The translations under genes and the position numbers were made by a program. From positions 512,001 through 576,000 of the forward strand of contig CAWCNS010000007.1 in assembly GCA_963796965.1 (NCBI GenBank): DNA of 64,000 nucleotides, given 5' to 3'. Positions 60,622 through 64,000 of this stretch are shown piece by piece. How positions within the stretch are numbered: the first letter of the stretch is position 1; each line of letters starts with the position of its first letter. Origin of the DNA: Calditrichia bacterium. Its GTDB lineage: Bacteria > Calditrichota > Calditrichia > JAJRVZ01. A model generated the notes under the pieces. That model did no database searches. It saw nothing but the letters and a program-made list of their open reading frames with translations, and was not told where the DNA came from.

Positions 60622-62640
60622 TCAATCGTTTATTGCATAAGATATTACGAAATCAACCAATTCCTGGCTATGAAACCACCCAGACCACATATTATGTCCC
60701 TGGCCTTTGATTATTTTAAGCGTCATCCTTCCATCCAACTTCGCATATCTTTTAGCAAGCTCACCAGAATTTTCATCCAGAGGAACCAATTCGTCTTTAT
60801 CCCCATGAATATGAAATATCGGTATTTTTTCACCGGCAAGGGGGGCGAGCCGATCGATTGGATTGTTTTCAGCAAGATTTAAAGACAGTTCCTCCTCCGT
60901 CATTCCATAGGCACCACAGGCCTGTTTGAGGCCCGGGTAACTTGTGAGATTGCAAACCGGATAGATACCGGAAATACATGCCACGGATTCAGCATTTTCT
61001 GCTGCCCAGTTATAAAGCATCAATCCTCCACGGCTTCGCGCCAGCAAACATGCTTTCTTTGACAGCCCCCTTTTCTCCACAAGTTCTTTATAAAGAGCAG
61101 AATAGATGGCTCTACCATCCGGGCTCCCATAAGACTCACCCACATCAATGCCGGCAATAGCGATCCCCTTTTCCAGGAACTTATCAAACATCCACTTCTC
61201 CTCTTTCCCTGGTAGATTGGATAATGTTGGTGCATACCACACCCAAGGTATGTGCCCGGCAGGAGAGATTTCTTTTGGAAGAATGAGAAAGGCCGTTTGA
61301 CCCTCAATTGTGAACACTTCCCCTTCGACAGGTAGAATTTTTGTAGCAGTCTGTGGCGCAGCCTGGTGGACATTATGTCCAAACACTTTTTTTACAGACT
61401 CCAGATAGGCCATCTTGTTTCGGGTATCAGGCTCAAGATAACTTCCCTCCGTCCACTCATTCCAGCAATTAATCGTCAGGATGTGTGGTTCAGGACTTTT
61501 TTCCAACCGTTGCTTGGTGGCTTCCAGCGCCTGCTGGAATCTCAGAGGTGTATTTCCGGAAATGGTATTCATAAAAGGATATCCAAAGTTTCCAAAAGGA
61601 TCATCCTGATTTGCCCGCGGACTGGAGTCCCATCCCATCGTCACATTGGGATAATAAGGGACATCGAATATTGAATCAGCCTTGGTCCAGTACTTGAAGT
61701 AAGCCTCCTGGACATAAGTATAATCTGTCTGTTGTTCAGGCAGATTGACATGATGAATCCAAACATAGGAGGTAACACTGTCAAATCCAAGCTGCCTGAC
61801 GACATCAGCCGCGTTCGCAGGTTTTTTTTCACCAGGAATAATTGATCGCCCCCAGACCACCGCATTGAGATGAATATCGGGAAACCCGGCTGCTTTTGCT
61901 TTAGATCGAAATTGATCCAAGGCAGAACGGGTCGCTTCAATACTGCCAAAACTTTCCATAAGTTTATTCAACTCATAGATAGAAAAATAGGGTTTTCCCT
62001 CAATCTTCCAATAGGAGGGATGCTTGAAATAGGCTTGGATAACATGATCACAGACCTGTTCGAAAGTCTGTCTGTCTATAGCCCCCTTGTATAAAACTTT
62101 CTTTGGGCTATCCTTCTTGTAAGGTTGTATATCGATCCAGTCGTGATTGGCCCACATGAGGGAGAATTTTAGACGATCATTGTTCTTGGCTTTTATGAAT
62201 CCTTCATCTAATGCGCGCTCCAGAAAAGGACCATCGTCAAACCAATACCAATCGAAAATAAATGCATCAATTCCATGAGAGGCAGCTGCATCAATTTTTT
62301 GAGACATCATCTTAGGGTCCGATTCATCCGTATAACCCCAGAGTGGTATATTAGGCTGGAAATGAGAATTAAAACGTGGCCGGGCTGCTTTGACTAACTC
62401 CCATTCAGACCACCCTTCTCCCTTAAATTCCATATTTCTTGCATCGTTCGGGTGGTAATTTGGAAAATAATAACAGGCTACGGTTATTGGAGTTGAGATT
62501 TCAAATTTCAACAAGCTATCTGCAGAATTTAGAGATAATATCTTTGAAATTGGACCTTCAGCAGATTGTCCATAAATAAAAGTAATTGCTGATAAGATTA
62601 ATATGAATGTTTTTTTCATATATGAGGAATCCATTATCAC
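60622..62640 (-). CDS. GH99-like/WbsX glycoside hydrolase fused to an alpha/beta hydrolase
   Basis: YYFPNYH, WANHDW, WNEWTEGSYLEPD; then ARSRGG, HGDKD, GQGH. Confidence 0.8.
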   Translation of the reverse strand: MIMDSSYMKKTFILILSAITFIYGQSAEGPISKILSLNSADSLLKFEISTPITVACYYFPNYHPNDARNMEFKGEGWSEWELVKAARPRFNSHFQPNIPLWGYTDESDPKMMSQKIDAAASHGIDAFIFDWYWFDDGPFLERALDEGFIKAKNNDRLKFSLMWANHDWIDIQPYKKDSPKKVLYKGAIDRQTFEQVCDHVIQAYFKHPSYWKIEGKPYFSIYELNKLMESFGSIEATRSALDQFRSKAKAAGFPDIHLNAVVWGRSIIPGEKKPANAADVVRQLGFDSVTSYVWIHHVNLPEQQTDYTYVQEAYFKYWTKADSIFDVPYYPNVTMGWDSSPRANQDDPFGNFGYPFMNTISGNTPLRFQQALEATKQRLEKSPEPHILTINCWNEWTEGSYLEPDTRNKMAYLESVKKVFGHNVHQAAPQTATKILPVEGEVFTIEGQTAFLILPKEISPAGHIPWVWYAPTLSNLPGKEEKWMFDKFLEKGIAIAGIDVGESYGSPDGRAIYSALYKELVEKRGLSKKACLLARSRGGLMLYNWAAENAESVACISGIYPVCNLTSYPGLKQACGAYGMTEEELSLNLAENNPIDRLAPLAGEKIPIFHIHGDKDELVPLDENSGELAKRYAKLDGRMTLKIIKGQGHNMWSGWFHSQELVDFVISYAIND

Positions 62641-63834
62641 AATCTCTTTATTACAACAATGGTAACATCATCTTCCCATTTTGTTTCATTACCGAAGGCA
62701 AAAACGTTTTTGTAGATAATATTAAAAATCTCTTGAGCGCTTTGCGACTGGTTTTGGACGATTAATTTTTTAAGACGAGAGAGGCCAAATTCCTCGTCAG
62801 CATCGTTATATCTTTCAAGTAACCCATCGCTATATATCACCAAAACAGCATCCGATTCAAAACTGGTGGATGCGCGATGCAATGTAATTTCAGAGACCGC
62901 ACCGAGAATTAACCCGGTTGAATCTAGTTGTCTAACCTGAGAGTTATAAACTAAAAGTGGCGGCGGATGCCCCGCGTTAACATAAAAGATATTCCCACTT
63001 CTTTCTACTTCCCCATAAAACAATGAGGTAAAACGTGAAGATAAGGTACTGCGGTGGATGACACGATTTAGACTTTTGCAGGGTTTCAGTCATTTTCATT
63101 TCTTTTTCTACACCCATTCGTAAACCTGTTACAACGTCCCGCACCATTAGAGCAGCCGGAAGTCCATGCCCACTGGCATCTCCAACCGCCACACTGAAAA
63201 AGTCATCACCGAAGACCGAAAAATCAAAAAAATCGCCGCCAACATACTCTGCGGGATATGATCCTCCGGCGGTTTCGTACCCAGGAATCTGTGGTGGATT
63301 GGCTGGCAATAAACTCTGTTGGATTAATGCGGCTTGTTTAATATTATTATTCATTGCTTCTGAGTGCAGGCGAAAATTCAACAATGTGCGTACAGCATTG
63401 AAACAGAATTCTACTTCTTCCCGCACCCAATTATTTTCAAGGGTAAATACGAAAATCCATTTCTTGTCCGGATTATGCACGATAAACGCAGCGGGAATGG
63501 CGTAATTCTTTTGCGGGCTGATTTGTTTATTATTGATCAAAGATAGGTCGTCAAAGATGAAACTCTTATTTATAATCACATGTTTTACAATCTTTGGGTC
63601 CAGGACTACCATAGCTTCCGGATCGCCAGGTTCATGTCTCTCAGGATGTTCCACGAGAAGGAACTGATCAAGATGCTCTACATAAAGGCAGCCTTTTTGT
63701 ATATGTAAATCTTTGCCAAATGAGTTCTCCAACTTTAAAATAACTGAAAAGAGAAAGTCGTCTTTTGTTCTTCCTTCGTCAATGTTTTCAAGCAGTTTTG
63801 CTAACTTTCGATAAAGATCTTTGGGTTGAATCAT
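62637..63834 (-). CDS. PP2C/SpoIIE-family Ser/Thr phosphatase (frameshift near 63070)
   Basis: VGGDFFD, GDASGHG, NAGHPPP, YSDGL, DDVT. Confidence 0.85.
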
Positions 63835-63848
63835 AAATGTTTTATTCC

Positions 63849-64000
63849 TTAGTAAGAACTTCTCATCTGTATCGGCGTATGTGCGTATATTTTTATTGCG
63901 TCTTCAGAGAAATTGAAGTTAGGGCAAATCATATTAAGCATGGTTTTTAGATTCATAGCCATATTCTTTATATCTTCTAAAGAAACGCCACTTTCGGCCG
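63849..64000 (-). CDS. 3' end of a CDS entering from beyond the window
   Basis: Open frame ...GRKWRFFRRYKNMAMNLKTMLNMICPNFNFSEDAIKIYAHTPIQMRSSY* ending just before the phosphatase RBS. Confidence 0.4.
   Translation of the reverse strand, partial: AESGVSLEDIKNMAMNLKTMLNMICPNFNFSEDAIKIYAHTPIQMRSSY

Noticed and set aside
2384..63546. Numerous antisense or alternate-frame ORFs nested in long genes
   Set aside because: Shadow ORFs of well-supported CDSs with no independent evidence
472..63834. About 17 split genes as pseudogenes or programmed frameshifts
   Set aside because: The breaks I traced are single-base indels, often in short homopolymers, scattered across unrelated and otherwise intact genes; this fits uncorrected long-read error, and read polishing would settle it
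1..64000. CRISPR array, tRNA or rRNA
   Set aside because: No regularly spaced identical direct repeats and no recognisable structural RNA genes seen

Overview
AT-rich bacterial window. Gene content and intergenic repeats suggest a Calditrichota/FCB-like anaerobe (inference only; no searches were run, and all family calls come from motif recognition). About 17 genes are split by apparent single-base indels, which looks like uncorrected long-read error rather than real pseudogenes. Layout: (i) 1-12.6 kb, carbohydrate enzymes (Tat Gfo/Idh/MocA + DUF1080, esterase, GH62, GH106); (ii) 14.6-18.3 kb, an Mla/Mce-type transporter; (iii) 19-53 kb, a redox/Fe-S/sulfur-response island (DUF5320, ferredoxins, CGGC, radical SAM, PAS-sigma54 activator, CoA-disulfide-reductase-like flavoprotein, Rrf2-cydABDC-octaheme OTR, and a long DUF134/NifX/Mrp operon ending in a peroxiredoxin); (iv) a metal-uptake operon; (v) a nucleotidyltransferase-sugar kinase fusion and other genes. 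Most notable: a selenocysteine peroxiredoxin hidden in the ORF track (UGA plus SECIS-like hairpin) that carries a signal peptide; a CxxC/RAPP-motif leader ORF upstream of the metal-uptake operon; three sigma54 promoters with TTGCA-N4-TGCAA boxes at nearly identical spacing; and several nested families of intergenic palindromic elements.
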